The notes under the pieces are model-generated. The model was not told where the DNA came from. It made no database searches and saw only the letters and a program-made list of their open reading frames with translations. Source: Octopus sinensis (lineage: Eukaryota). From it: DNA of 64,000 nt. The stretch lies in NCBI RefSeq assembly GCF_006345805.1, contig NC_043011.1, positions 10,974,001 to 11,038,000 on the forward strand, read 5' to 3'. Below, piece by piece: positions 24,288 to 36,799 of this stretch. Position numbers and translations under genes: made by a program. Numbering within the stretch: the stretch's first letter is position 1; every line of letters begins with the position of its first letter.

Positions 24288-24522
24288 ATCAAGAAATTCT
24301 CACTGAACTGGAGAAGGAAAGAATTTTGATATTCACCCCAGCTCGAATGATCAAAGGGAAAAGAGTGGCCTGCTATGATGACCGCTACATTCTAAAAGTA
24401 GCTGATGAGAATAACGGCATTGTTGTCTCCAATGATAATTATCGTGACCTGCTTAATGAGAACAATGGCTTCAAGAAGGTTGTAGAAGAACGCTTGCTCA
24501 TGTATTCTTTTGTTGAAGACAA
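24288..24522 (+). CDS. ZC3H12: Regnase-1-like coding exon 3 (catalytic PIN/NYN core)
   Basis: cccAG|at [56 protein letters not shown]...[12 protein letters not shown] aa|gtaagt; the catalytic Asp motifs YDD and SND are intact. Confidence 0.96.
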
Positions 24523-24603
24523 GTAAGTTGATGGATCCTTGGTTTAAACACACACCAATCATATTCTCATCGTGTGTATGTGTGCATGTTATATAAGCAA
24601 ACA

Positions 24604-24940
24604 TGAAGGCACGTGGCTCAGTGGTTAGAGCGTCGAGCTTACAATCGTGAGGTTGTGAGCTCGAATCCCGGACCGAGCTGCGTGTTGCGTTCTTGAGCAA
24701 GACGCTTTATTTCACGTTGCTCCAGTTCACTCAGCTGTAGAAATGAGTTGCGACGTCACTGGTGCCAAGCTGTATCGGCCCCTTTGCCTTTCCCTTGGAT
24801 AACACTGGTAGCGTGGAGAGGGGAGGCCGGTATGCATGGGCGACTGCTGGTCTTCCATAAACAACCTTGCCCAGACTTGTGCCTCAGAGGGTAACTCTCT
24901 AGGTGCAAGCCCATGGTCAGTGTCTGACTGAAGGGGGTCA
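24604..24940 (+). mobile_element. tRNA-derived SINE, third family
   Basis: ggcacgtggctcagtggttagagcg (A box), gagctcgaatccc (B box), CORE-like ttcttgagcaagacgcttta. Confidence 0.8.
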
Positions 24941-25197
24941 CAATAAACAAACTTACCACTGAGACTAAGATAACTTTTACTACCTGTTGTAGCTAAGGTG
25001 TTACTAACAAGATATTGTTAGAAAGTCTAAGGATATCATGTCTAATGTTAGACTCAACTAATGAGACAACATTATTGAATTCCCAATGAAGTAATACTCA
25101 ATCGACAATTTTACTTTCACTTTTAATTCCAATGTAGGCACACTCATATTCACACACATACCTATATTTTATGTGTATTCGTTTGTGTTTATTTCAG

Positions 25198-25427
25198 ATT
25201 CATGCCACCTGATGACCCACTTGGACGCCATGGTCCTAGCTTGGACAATTTTCTACGGAAGACACCAACTGCTCCAGAAACATTACCACCAAACTGTCCA
25301 TATGGCAAAAAGTGCACATATGGTAACAAATGCAAGTTTTACCATCCAGAACGTGGCAATATGCCACACAAGACTGTGACAGAGAAATTAGCTGAACAAT
25401 ACAAGCAGCAGGAGAAAGTTTTGGAAG
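25198..25427 (+). CDS. ZC3H12: Regnase-1-like coding exon 4 (end of the NYN domain and CCCH zinc finger)
   Basis: ttcAG|a [21 protein letters not shown]...[20 protein letters not shown]. The donor G|gttcgc is weak but keeps frame with exon 5. Confidence 0.92.
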
Positions 25428-25645
25428 GTTCGCAAATTTTCTTTCTATTTTTAATTTAAATTTGGTACCTCTGTGTGTGTTTCTAAATGTGCTTTTTGTG
25501 TGGGTGTGTTTTGATACATGTATTATAAGATGTCATTAGTAGCTTTCTACAAATATATATGTATATTCTGTCTAGAATAAGACCATGAATATACAAAATG
25601 TTCACACATAATAATTTGTCAAGAGTCAGACTGCAGTAGTGATAG

Positions 25646-26060
25646 TGTAACAGGATCAGTTTTGGTATCACTGGAGGGGTGTCCAATCTGATCCCGTCAC
25701 ATTCAATTTTAGTTAAAATAACAGACAAGTCAGGCGATCTACGAACACAGCAAAATGTTGTTTATTTCTCGTCGTAATGTAGAAATGGTGTACGTGTTCT
25801 CTGGAGGGAAACCGACAGCCGAATCTATAGTACTGATTCTTGTTTGTTAGTCGAAATGATTCGTCGTGGTTCGCTGCTTGGTTGATATGAAGTCCTCAGA
25901 GACTGCCAGTACACGTCCGTTCTCGAGTGCTGCTAGGGCCAGAAAGGCTGAATGAGCGATCCGCGTTTTAGGGGTCAGTTTCCCGCACATGCGCATGGGG
26001 AAGACTTCTGGTGGCCAACCAGAAGTAATCCCATTCTGCGCATATGCGCTGAACCTTACA
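25646..26060 (-). mobile_element. Putative solo LTR (415 bp) in Regnase intron 4
   Basis: TGTAA...TTACA termini, minus-strand AATAAA near 25762, CpG-rich against an AT-rich background; no clean TSD found. Confidence 0.55.
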
Positions 26061-26171
26061 CAGCTGCATCACTACAATAGTTACAATTTAATTTGAAATA
26101 ATTGTTATATTAACTGAATATTTAACATATTAGCTATTGATTTATTAATTTTTTTTTTTTTTCATCTTCAG

Positions 26172-27400
26172 CTGAGAAAAACAAGATGCAGCTAAAAAGT
26201 AAGGGGAAAAGCCCTCTTTCAAGAAGTAGATCACGATATGCTGACGGTGGGGATGTACAACAATTATCTGTTGAAGAGCAGGAAGAGAAACAACGTCTAG
26301 CTAAAGAATACAATGAGAAACTGGATAGATCCAGGAGAGAGATTACACGTTTCACTGAGCAGGCTGAAGCTAAAGAGAAAGTTGCTACAAACAAAAAGAT
26401 TTCAGAAGTTCATTTGTCACAGCACTCACTTTCTAGCTTGGATTCTGGTAACCAAGGTAACAAAGCAGTTCATTTTGAAATATTCAACAGCTCGTCATTG
26501 GACAAATTTAATAAGTCAACAAAACATCAACAAGAATTTTCAGCTTGTGATCATTCGGACGTAAACAGAGCACATAGCCTTCCAGCTCAAATTCAAAGTG
26601 AAAACTTTGTCTCCGGCCATTTGCAATTAGCCAAAAGCTTATCTGGTGAGGAAATTGAGGCAAAGAAAAAGACCCAAAACTCTCCACAGTCCAGTCCTCA
26701 ACATCCACCATTGTGCCGACAGTCATCAGTTTATGTTGATACAGAACATATCAAAGCAAACCCTGGTATGACACACAAATTTCCAACATCTCACCAGTTT
26801 GTCCAGGACATGTTACCTAATCTCTTTCAAAATCACCAAGGAGACTGCATTTTCATACCTGATACAATGTCACCATCTTACTCCTACCCTGGCTGTGAAA
26901 GCTTTAGTTTCCCTTCTACATCATACCCCTATGGAGTATCAGACAAGATAATTCTTGGCCAAGCCTTCACACCAAGTGTTACTCGACAGATTAGTCTGCC
27001 AAACACTCGGGGACAAGAGCGTTACTCACCTTCATATCAAGTTCAAGGACCCGACAAAGGACAGAAAGGGTTTTACGAGACAATTCCAAGCTCCACAAGC
27101 TGTTTGTCTCCAGTGTATTCATGCCCAGTGACAAGCAATAACAATGTATCATTCCCACCATTTATAATGACACAACAGATGAAAATGCTGCCTCCTGCCA
27201 GACGTTTTTACCCACCTTCATGTTACCCCCCCACTCAACAACAAAGCTTACCACCACAACAACACATGCAACAGCAACAACAAAATCCTGTAATGCCCCC
27301 TGTGATGTCTACAGCTTCATGGCCGCTTGATAACACAAGCTACTCTGATATGTTGGTTCATCCACCTATGGGCCAAATTCATCCCAGGTACAGCAAATGA
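26172..27400 (+). CDS. ZC3H12: Regnase-1-like coding exon 5 (long Ser/Pro/Gln-rich C-terminal region)
   Basis: ttcAG|ct acceptor in phase with exon 4; open to TGA at 27398-27400. The total spliced CDS of 2367 nt is divisible by 3. Confidence 0.85.
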
Positions 27401-27939
27401 GTATCTAATATAACATCAGTCAGTTAAATTCCTAAGGATTCTAACTGCTAAAAATAATGAATTGTAAATTCACATAACTTGCTCAAGCTTCCATAATGTA
27501 TACACTGTCCAGTTCTGGAATTAAAATTGTAGCCAATTCTTTTGGCAAATCTCTTTTTATATGATACTGACTGTAAATGTTTTCTTACTGTGTGGAATTT
27601 TTATATTTCTTTTTCAATCCCTGTTTTGAACAATTTGTTACATTGTGAACACTTTTACTTTGATGAACAAGCATGTTATTAGTATGTGCCGCAAGGATGT
27701 ATAAATATAAGTGTTTACATGTAAACGCACTCTCTCACAGACATAATTTTTTGATAAGATTAGACCATCAACTGTGAAGGCCAAATCTTACATTATTTGT
27801 GAGTATTATATATGTATTTCGTTTCCATTGCTCATTTAATTTGAGGACCACATATCAGAGTGTATTAGAGAACAGTAGTTGAGAGTTTATAAGAAGCAAT
27901 GTAGAAAACTTTGCTTGGTTTTCAGAATTATCTTTTATC

Positions 27940-28160
27940 TTTTACTTGTTTCAGTCATTGGACTGCAGCCATGCTGGGGCACTGCCTTGAAGAATTTTTT
28001 AGTCAAATAAATTCACCCCAGTTCGTATTTTCTTTTTAAGCCTGATACTTATTTTATCGATCTCTTTTACTGAGCCGTTAAGTTATTGGGATGTAAACAC
28101 ACCAACACCAGTTGTCAAGTGATGGTGGGAGACAATACAGGATACAAACGCACGCACACA
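27940..28160 (-). mobile_element. SINE family A, 3' half
   Basis: ttttacttgtttcagtcattggactgcagccatgctgggg... Confidence 0.7.
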
Positions 28161-31038
28161 CACACACGTTTACCTCTGACTCATCCTAATCTTAATTTGT
28201 GTAACCGTAGGTCTTCTATTTATAATCTTTTTTCCCTGATTTCTCTTTTCTCTCTCTGTCTCTTTATTTCTGTCATGGCTCTGAAAGGTGCAGTTTTTCT
28301 GTCCTTTCTTATTCACAATGCACTGGTAACCACCTATACTGGAAATTTCTCCTCTGTACCAGAAAGCTCTCTTGGCTCTGCCCCACCCCCAGTACTGGAT
28401 GTGTCTCCTCTCTACCAGAAAGTTCTCATAACTTCCCCTAACAGTAGTCTCATCCACATTATTGCATGCATCAAAATGAGACTGCATTACTTAATAGTCA
28501 ATTAACAAACTACTTATTTCCTTTTCTCTCTACTTATAATGAATGAACCAATTAGCTGTTTTATTTATTTTAATTATTTGTCTATTTATGTTTCTATCCA
28601 TAGTGCTTATATTAACAATGCTTGTATTACACTCACTTCCAATAGAGGCAGCAATTTTTACATGAACGTGTGATGATAGATTAATGCGGGGGACAACTGA
28701 TATGACATGTCTTTGATAAATACTCGTTGAAACCTTCTTTTCAGTTGCTGACTGCCATCTCCTCTTCCCATTATCCCTCCTTTGTCCCTTTTCACTTCCT
28801 CAGAGTTGACACTGTCAGTGTAGGCACATTGAAATGTAGGTCTGGCGAGATTGTTGAGATGCTTGAATAGAAAAGTGTTGATGCATGTTGCATTCTAGAA
28901 ATAAGGTGGAAGAAAGCTTCAGCCAGGTTCCTCATGGGCAAAAAACATAGGTATAAAATCTTGTGGGTAGGTAACAGTGATGGAGTAGGTGGTATGGGCA
29001 TACTTCTTGCTGAGAAATGGGTTAAGATCATTGAAGTAATCAGAGTGAGTGATAGAGTACTTAAATCTAGGCTAATTTTGCAGAGTAGTGCAACAATTAT
29101 CTCTGCCTGTGCCTCCCAACTGGGTCTGCCAAATGAACAAAAGGACTGCTTTTATGATATTCTTCTGCAAGCTACCTCAAAGACATATGACAGTAACCTC
29201 ATCTTCATGGCTGGTGATTTCAGTGGACAAGTTGGGCAGCATCCAGGTATCCACCATGGGGTTTACAGGGCCATGGAATTGGTTATCAAAATGAGGAGGG
29301 AACAAGGGTTCTGGAGTTCTGTGATGTGAATAGCTTAATAATCTTCAAAAAGCCAGTCAACTGATAATCAGGTAACCACGCTAGCTAGATTGATTACATT
29401 TTCACCTGAAAGCGAGGTACATGGTTGCTCATAAGTGCAAAGGCCTTCCCTGATGAATATACCAACCCCATCAGCATAGATTAGTTATTAACGACTAGAC
29501 TTCAGGCTAGGCTAGAAGGATTCCAAGAAGCAGACCAATCTGGAAAAGAAGGATTTAGAAGCTCAAGGATCCTTTAAATGGTCAGAGATATAGGGACTCT
29601 CTAAATGTGAAATTTAGTGAGAAGGAGAAGGAACTACAGGCTTGTAACATAGAGAGCAACTGAAAGTTCCTGAGTGCCACACACCAAATGTGTGGCTGGC
29701 GCAAAGTCCCAACCAGACCTAGGGTGACATGATGGAATAATATTGAAGACAAGGCCATTAGAGCAAAGAAACAAATCTGGAAGGACTGAAAGAATGATGG
29801 TAGCAGAGAAGTATATCAGGTAGCTAGGAGGGAAGCTAGAAGACGGGTATACTTAGCTAGGAGAGAAGCAGAAAGGAAGTTTGTCAATGCTCTGTGACAT
29901 GAGGGCCAAAAGCTTGAAGTGTTTTGGATTGCATGACAGTGTGTTTGCATGGATGATGGTTCTGCAAAGAAAGAAGCTTGGAAGGGCCACTATGAAAGGT
30001 TGCTAAATGTAGAGAATGCATGAGAAGAGGCCTAACAGGGGGGCTGGCTACCTGAATCAACAGTATCTTAGATAAGCAATTAAGGATATGAAGAGAAGGA
30101 AAGCCCCCGACCCATGAGGAATCACCACTTAGATGTTTAAGACATCTGGCAGAGCAGCATTACAGTCAACTGCTACAGAAGCATCAGATTGTTGGACCAG
30201 GTGCTGATAGTTGCAGAAATGGTTATAGCTCAATCAATTAGGAAGAGAGCACAGATGAGATGGCGTTTGGATTTGTACCAGTGAGAAGCTATCTTCCTGG
30301 TGAGATAACTACAGGAGAAATACTTGGCCAAAAAATACCCCTTCCCCCACCCCTTGTATCTATTTGTTGACATAGAGAAAGCCTTTGACAGGGTTCCATA
30401 CTCCCTTATTTGATGTGGAAGCTGGGGATAGATAAGTAGTTGGTGAGAACTATACAAGCCATGTAGAGGGATGCTGTCAGAAAAGGTGTCTAGAGAAACT
30501 CCATACGGTGTACCTAGTGCAAGTTATGGACACATAAGAGGTGCAGTGGTATCGCTGGATGGCTAACGGAAAAAGTAGTCTTTATATTTGAGTCTTTGTA
30601 TGCAGGTACATTAAACACCAGGAATGTACAAAAAGTAGACTCCCTCGAATATCAGGGGAGATCCTTAGAAGTAGTAGGCAGTTTCTATTACTTAGGTGAC
30701 CAAATTAGTAGTGGTGGGGGTTATTCTGAAAGCGTAGCTGTTAGAATAAGAATAAGCTGGGCAAAGTTCAGGGAGCTACTGCTTCTGTTAGTGATGAAGG
30801 ACCTCTCCCTTAGAGTGAAAGGCAGAGTGTATGATGACTGTGTATGAACAGCTTTGCTACATGACTGTCAGACTGAAAATATGCAAAGGTTTCAAAGAAA
30901 TGAAGCCAGTATGCTCCATTTGATGGGTGATGTCAGTGTGCATATATGACAGAATGTAACTGATTTGAGAGAAAAACGGAATACAAGGCATCAAACATAG
31001 TGTGCAAGAGAGAAGACTGCACTGGTACTGTCATTTGA

Positions 31039-31559
31039 CCCTTTAGCATTTAAACTGGCCATATCCGGCTGAAATGTTCTACTTGTTTTATGTTCAAATT
31101 AATAATAATAATAAAACATTGTGTATAGTGCTCAGGTGCACTACAACTCATCTAAAGTGTATGTATAGTACATAGGGTAATGTACAAGCCTCAGGAAAAG
31201 AACAGTGCATGAGTCATGACATACACATATGTGTATGAGTATGGAAGGGGGACAATCAGGTGTAGTTTCGGCAGATTTCGGAAAGCATGAGGGCCTTAAA
31301 GGATGCAGTGTCATGGCAGTCAACAACTGACGCAGGCAGTTTGTTCCATGCTTCAGCAACTCTGAATGTGAAAAAATGTTTCCGAAAGTCATGGGAGCTG
31401 TGCCAGATCCAATCTCTCACACAGACCCTATAATGTCATTCTTACAAATAAACAATCGCATCATCGAAATCTTGAAGCTACATGAAAATGCATGATTAAT
31501 TCAAAACAATATGCATTAATAAGCATTACATTTGACAGAATAATCTGAATACTAAAGGG
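31039..31559. mobile_element. TTAA-type MITE (second family) inserted in the RTE and split by a CR1 insertion
   Basis: ccctttagcatttaaactggcc...aatactaaaggg-TTAA; an intact copy of the family is at 54731-54950. Confidence 0.8.
31101..31402 (-). mobile_element. CR1 3' fragment nested in the MITE
   Basis: (AAT)n tail, then the reverse complement of SHDFRKHFSHSELLKHG / 3' UTR gtgctcaggtgcac. Confidence 0.85.
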
Positions 31560-33024
31560 TTAATCTGTATGAATGAAGACATGAGTTGTCGATCTCTAAT
31601 TGTGGAGGGAGCATGTGGAAGGGTTAGACCCAGGAAGACGTTGGACGAAGTGGTGAGAAAAGATCTACAGACATTGGGACTCAGTGGGGATGACAGGGGA
31701 CCTAGATTCTTGGCAGTTTGCTGTGCTTGAGAAGACATGTCAAGCTAAGTAAGATCAGGGTTGTCCTTGCATACAGGCATGTCCCCTGCTTCCCTCTCCT
31801 GGTGAGCATTCCTAATCTTGTGGGCTTATCGGTTCTGGTGCCACACCTGTGCAAGTGTTGCATGGAAGCACCCAATATACCGTAAAGTGGTTGGCATTAG
31901 GAAGGGCATCCAGCTGTAGAAACCATGCTGAAACAGACATGGTGCTTGGGCAGCTCTTCAACTGACCAGCTCTTGTTAAACCATCCAACCTATGCCAGCA
32001 TGGAAATCAGACATTAAATGATGATCATCCTCATATATATACAACAGGCTTCTTTCGGTCTCTGTCTACCAAATTCACTCATAAGGCTTTGGTCAGCCTG
32101 AGGATATAGTAGAAGACACCCAAGGTACCATACAGTGAGACTGAACATGGAACCATATTTTTGGGAAGCAAGCTTCTTATCACACAGCCATGTGTGCTTC
32201 TGTCATTTGTTCAATTATATTGGACAAGTTTGTGAGAAACAATATATTCTATTAAAGTTTGTCTGAGGCTAGAGTTTTTATGTTTTTGAAAAGGCACAAC
32301 AGCCATCCTGTTTGGTGGAGAGGATTAGCTGAGCAGATCGACTGAGTTGTATTACTAAAGGCTATTTTATTAATCACACAAGAAAAAAAATATGTCCTCT
32401 ACAGGAGTATACAAATACAGAATCAAGACAAATTAATTAGGAAAGTAATTTGCTTTTGTAATTATTAAGAACCTCAATGGCTGGGTGATGTATTTTTCTT
32501 GGGTATTTTCTTTGTTTTTCTTCAATCTGCCATCAGAAAATGTAAGGCATATATTTTGATTCTTAGATCAAAGCAATTACATATCAATATGTATGTATGT
32601 CTTAATTACAAAACAGATAATGTTCCAGTTGTTCAATCAATATAATTGCCTCCTCATTGAATTATAATGTAGCAGAATATTCTATTTGTATCTTACATTT
32701 TATATATAATACTGAGGTTATATGTGTATAAAACATTTGTTAGTAAATCTAATTTTCTACTTGTTATTTTATGACCGGTTTAATATTGAATACTTAAAAC
32801 ATGAAATAATGTTCTTTTATATGTACATATGGTGTATGCATGCAAGTGCACACACACGCACACACACACCAAATATGTTCACTTCCTAACTATGCAGTTT
32901 CAGGTCCAGTCTCATTATACAAATCTTTAGGCAAGGAGACTTCTATTATTAGTCTCAGATCAATCAACACTGTCTAAGTGGATTGTTGGAAACTTGAAGA
33001 GAGCCTGCTGTATACCTGTGGGTA

Positions 33025-34115
33025 TTTGTCATCATCATCATCGTTTAGCGTCCGCTTTCCATGCTGGCATGGGTTGGACGGTTCAACTGGGGTCTGGGAA
33101 GCCAGAAGGCTGCACCAGGCCCTGTCAAATATACAAGTATGTTATTAATAATAAAATTAATAATAATGGCTATTCAAAGCATGAACCGTGCAGGCAAGTT
33201 TAAAATATATGATGGTACTGGAAGAGTACCAGCTTTACTAGAGATAGAAATATATATACATATATATACACACATACACATATATATATACACACACATA
33301 CATCATCACCATCGTTTAACGTCTGTTTTCCATGCTAGAATGGGTTGGACGAATGACTGAGGGCTGCACCAGGCTCCAGTCTTGATCTGGCAGAGTTTCT
33401 ACAGCTGGATGCCCTTCCTAACACCAACCACTCCGAGAGTTTAGTGGGTGCTTTTACGTGCCACCGGCATGGAGCCAGTCAGGCAGTACTGGTAACGACC
33501 TTGCTCGAATCTTTTACACATGCCACCGGCACAGGTGCTAGTAAGACGATGCTGGTAACAATCACGCTTGAATGGTATCTTTTACATGCCACCGGCACAG
33601 AGGCCAGATAGCCGCTCTGGTAACGATCACGCTCGAATGGTGCCCTTTTATGTGCCACTGGCACTGAAGCCGGTTAGCCGCTCTGTCAATGATCACACTT
33701 GTATGGTGCTCTTTGCACCCTGCTAGCACGGATGCCAGTCATCGAATTTGATTTTGATTTGATTTCACTTGCCTCAACAGGTCTTCGCAAGCAGAGTTTT
33801 AGTGTCCAAAGAAGGAAAAGGTATGCATAAGTGGGCTGGTTACGCCCCTGGCATAGGCCACGATTGTTAAGATAGAAAATAGATACATGTATCATCATCA
33901 TCATCATTTAACGTCCGTTTTCCATGCTAGCATGGGTTGGACGGTTCGACCGGGGTCTGGTGAGCCATGGAGGCTGCACCAGGCTCTAGTCTGATTTGGC
34001 AGTGTTTCTACAGCTGGATGCCCTTCCTAACGTCAACCACTCCACGAGTGTAGTGGGTGCTTTTTACGTGCCACCTGCACAGGTGCCAGGGGGGTCTGGC
34101 ATCGGGCACGGAAGC
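33025..34115 (-). mobile_element. Cluster of three RTE 3' UTR copies with (CAT)n tails and tandem GTGCC-nnn-GGCAC subunits
   Basis: Starts at about 33025, 33300 and 33890. Confidence 0.8.
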
Positions 34116-34394
34116 CAGCCATGAATATTTTATATTTTTATTTAACTATATCTTATTATCGGTATATTACATTTTATTTGCTTCATTTATTTTATTTTTG
34201 ATTCCCTAGGTAGTTCTGCACCATGAAATGACAACACCTTGTCCTTTGTTTTTTATAAAGAACCCCATACTTATTGATTCCAAATTCCATACTGATATCC
34301 TTACTGAATATCTGCACAGACCATTTATTTTACACTCATTCTTATGGGAGATGTTTACATCATCCACATACAACACATGATGATGATGATTCTC

Positions 34395-34607
34395 TTTACT
34401 CTTTTATTTGTCTCAGTCATTTGACTGCGGCCATGCTGGAGCACCGCCTTTAGTCGAGCAACTCAACCCCGGGACTTATTCTTTGTAAGCCCAGTACTTA
34501 TTCTATCAGTCTCTTTCGCCGAACCGCTAAGTGACGGGGACATAAACACACCAGCATCGGTTGTCAAACAATGCTAGGGGGACAAACACAGTCACACAAA
34601 CATGCAC

Positions 34608-34666
<59 letters not shown>

Positions 34667-34820
34667 ACGGGCTTTCAGTTTCCGTCTACCAAATCCACTC
34701 ACAAGGCTTTGGTCGGCCCGAGGCTATAGTAGAAGACACTTGCCCAAGATGCCACGCAGTGAGACTGAACCCGGAACCATGTAGTTGGTTAGCAAGCTAC
34801 TTACCACACAGCTACGCCTG
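34395..34820 (-). mobile_element. SINE family A
   Basis: Full length, with an expanded internal (TA)n. Confidence 0.9.
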
Positions 34821-34834
34821 ATTGTTATTATTAT

Positions 34835-35159
34835 AATTAGATGAGCTAGCAGAATTGTTACTGAGCCAGGAAAACAGCTTTGTGACATTTCCATCGACTT
34901 TACATTCTAAGTTCAAATGCCACTAGGATCGACTTTACCTTTCATCCTTTCAGGGTCGATAAAATAAGTATAAGTACACCCTCCCCTGAAACTGCTGGCT
35001 ACATGCCAAAATTTTAAATCATCATCATCATTACTATCATTATTACCATAATAAGATAGTGAGCTGACAGAACTGTTAGCATGTTGGGTGAAAAGGGACA
35101 TTTTGTTTGTCTTTACCCCTTCCCCAAAATTGCTGGCATTGTGCCAAATTTTGAAATCA

Positions 35160-35190
<31 letters not shown>

Positions 35191-35252
35191 TATTATTATT
35201 ATCATTATTATTATCATTATTATTATTATTATCATTATCATTATTATCATTA

Positions 35253-35283
<31 letters not shown>

Positions 35284-35530
35284 TATCATTATTATTATTA
35301 TTATTATAAGGCTGTTAGCATGCTGGTTGAAAACGGGCATTTTATTTGTCTTTACATTCTGAGTTCAAATTCCACCGAGGTTGACTTTGCCTTTCATCCT
35401 TTCAAGGTTGATAAAATAAGTACCATAAGTTGATAAACTTGAGCACTAAAGTTGATGTAAATCACCTTACCCCTCCCCCAAAATTGCTGGCCTTGCACCA
35501 AAATCTGAAATTATTATTATATTATTATTC
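34835..35530 (+). mobile_element. Tandem degenerate family-B-like SINE units separated by (ATT/ATC)n tracts
   Basis: gagctagcagaattgtta / gagctgacagaactgttagc / gctgttagcatgctgg heads; tails cccc(t/c)aaa(a)ttgctggc...gaaa(tta)n. Confidence 0.65.
35157..35308. repeat. (ATT)n/(ATC)n compound microsatellite
   Basis: Read directly. Confidence 0.95.
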
Positions 35531-35653
35531 TAAGAAGAATGCCAATGATGACTAACTAACTATTTAGGACCCTTATCTGTTTGAAGGTGTCACATCTGTC
35601 TGTGACACATCTGTGATTGTGTAAACAAAAAGCAAACATCTTAGTTTAATATA

Positions 35654-35659
35654 TTTATT
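35654..35659 (-). terminator. COPB1: Candidate polyadenylation signal AATAAA of COPB1
   Basis: tttatt on the + strand, about 140 nt past the stop codon. Confidence 0.55.
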
Positions 35660-35797
35660 GATATATGGCTAATTTATAGCAGGTCAACTGAAGTATTTTT
35701 CTGTAAAATAGGAATAAAATACAGAAACTGAAATTACATATATGGTTAAGTGTGTCTTTGAAAGCATGTATGTGTCTTTGTGGTTGTAATAACTGAT

Positions 35798-35875
35798 TTA
35801 GTTGGTCCCAGGCCCAGTTTTCAAGATCTTTTTCTGAGAAAGGTTGATTTTGTCACCCATGCTCAATGCCATACC
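35798..35875 (-). CDS. COPB1: Coatomer subunit beta, last exon
   Basis: ttccAG|GMALSMGDKINLSQKKILKTGPGTN*. Confidence 0.93.
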   Translation of the reverse strand, partial: GMALSMGDKINLSQKKILKTGPGTN

Positions 35876-36059
35876 CTGGAAAAGAAAGAAAACAGATACA
35901 GTGTAGGCATAAATAATAAGGGATATCATGGTTCGGTGTTAGTACTGTCTATAAAATTCCTCAACAACATCGATTTCACATTAATTATTATTTCACTACC
36001 ATTATCATTATTACATGCAACTTTTTTTTGTTTCTGCACCAAATAAGAAAAAAATCCAC

Positions 36060-36450
36060 TCTCTTTTACTTGTTTCAGTCATTTGACTGCGGCCATGCTG
36101 GAGCACCACCTTTAGTCGAGCAAATCGACCCCGGGACTTATTCTTTGTAAGCCCAGTACTTATTCTATCGGTCTCTTTTGCCGAACCGCTAAGTGACGGG
36201 GATGTAAACAACACCAGCATTGGTTGTCAAGCAATGCTAGGGGGACAAACACAGACACACAAACTTATATATATATACATATATACAACAGTCTTCTTTC
36301 AGTTTCCGTCTACCAAATCCACTCACAAGGCATTGGTCGGCCCGGGGCTATAGCAGAAGACACTTGCCCAAGATGCCACGCAGTGGGATTGAACCCGGAA
36401 CCATGTGGTTGGTTAGCAAGCTACTTAACACACAGCCACTCCTGCGCCTA
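36060..36450 (-). mobile_element. SINE family A
   Basis: Full-length copy. Confidence 0.9.
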
Positions 36451-36799
36451 TGAATTTTAATTAAGAAATAAGTGAAATTAACCCTCCACCCAACTCCTTC
36501 AGTGGTTTTACATCACCACCAAATGAAAAAAAATACTGAACAAGAGCAAAACATTTTCCACTGCACTTCCACTCTCAGCAGGTTAGTCCATACAGTAGTT
36601 AAGGCCATGAAGCAATGCAATTTGTCCAACGGAGAACCGAAGCATATTAATTTATTAATATGTTTACTCTATTAACTTGCAGTGGTGGCAACAAATTATC
36701 TAAAATACTGGCAAAGAGGAAATAACTAGTATGGACATGTGACATCAAAAGGGAGGCAGCTGGTGTGTAAGAAAGGGCTTATAGTAGTAATAGATAAAT

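Larger units (their letters stand above)
28800..32030 (+). mobile_element. Long decayed RTE LINE (endonuclease, RT, 3' UTR and (GAT)n tail) with nested insertions
   Basis: GVGGMGILLAEKW...MAGDFSGQVG (endonuclease), YFL..FVDIEKAFDRV, LWTHKRCS, SFYYLGDQIS, RGRPRKT. Confidence 0.85.

Noticed and set aside
27710-27731. Hairpin agtgtttacatgtaaacgcact in the Regnase 3' UTR as an autoregulatory stem-loop
   Set aside because: Short AT-rich palindromes are common, the loop is not the Py-Pu-Py triloop, and there is no conservation data.
28170-28505. Overlapping 105-139 aa ORFs downstream of Regnase
   Set aside because: No recognisable domain or splice context; probably decayed repeat sequence.
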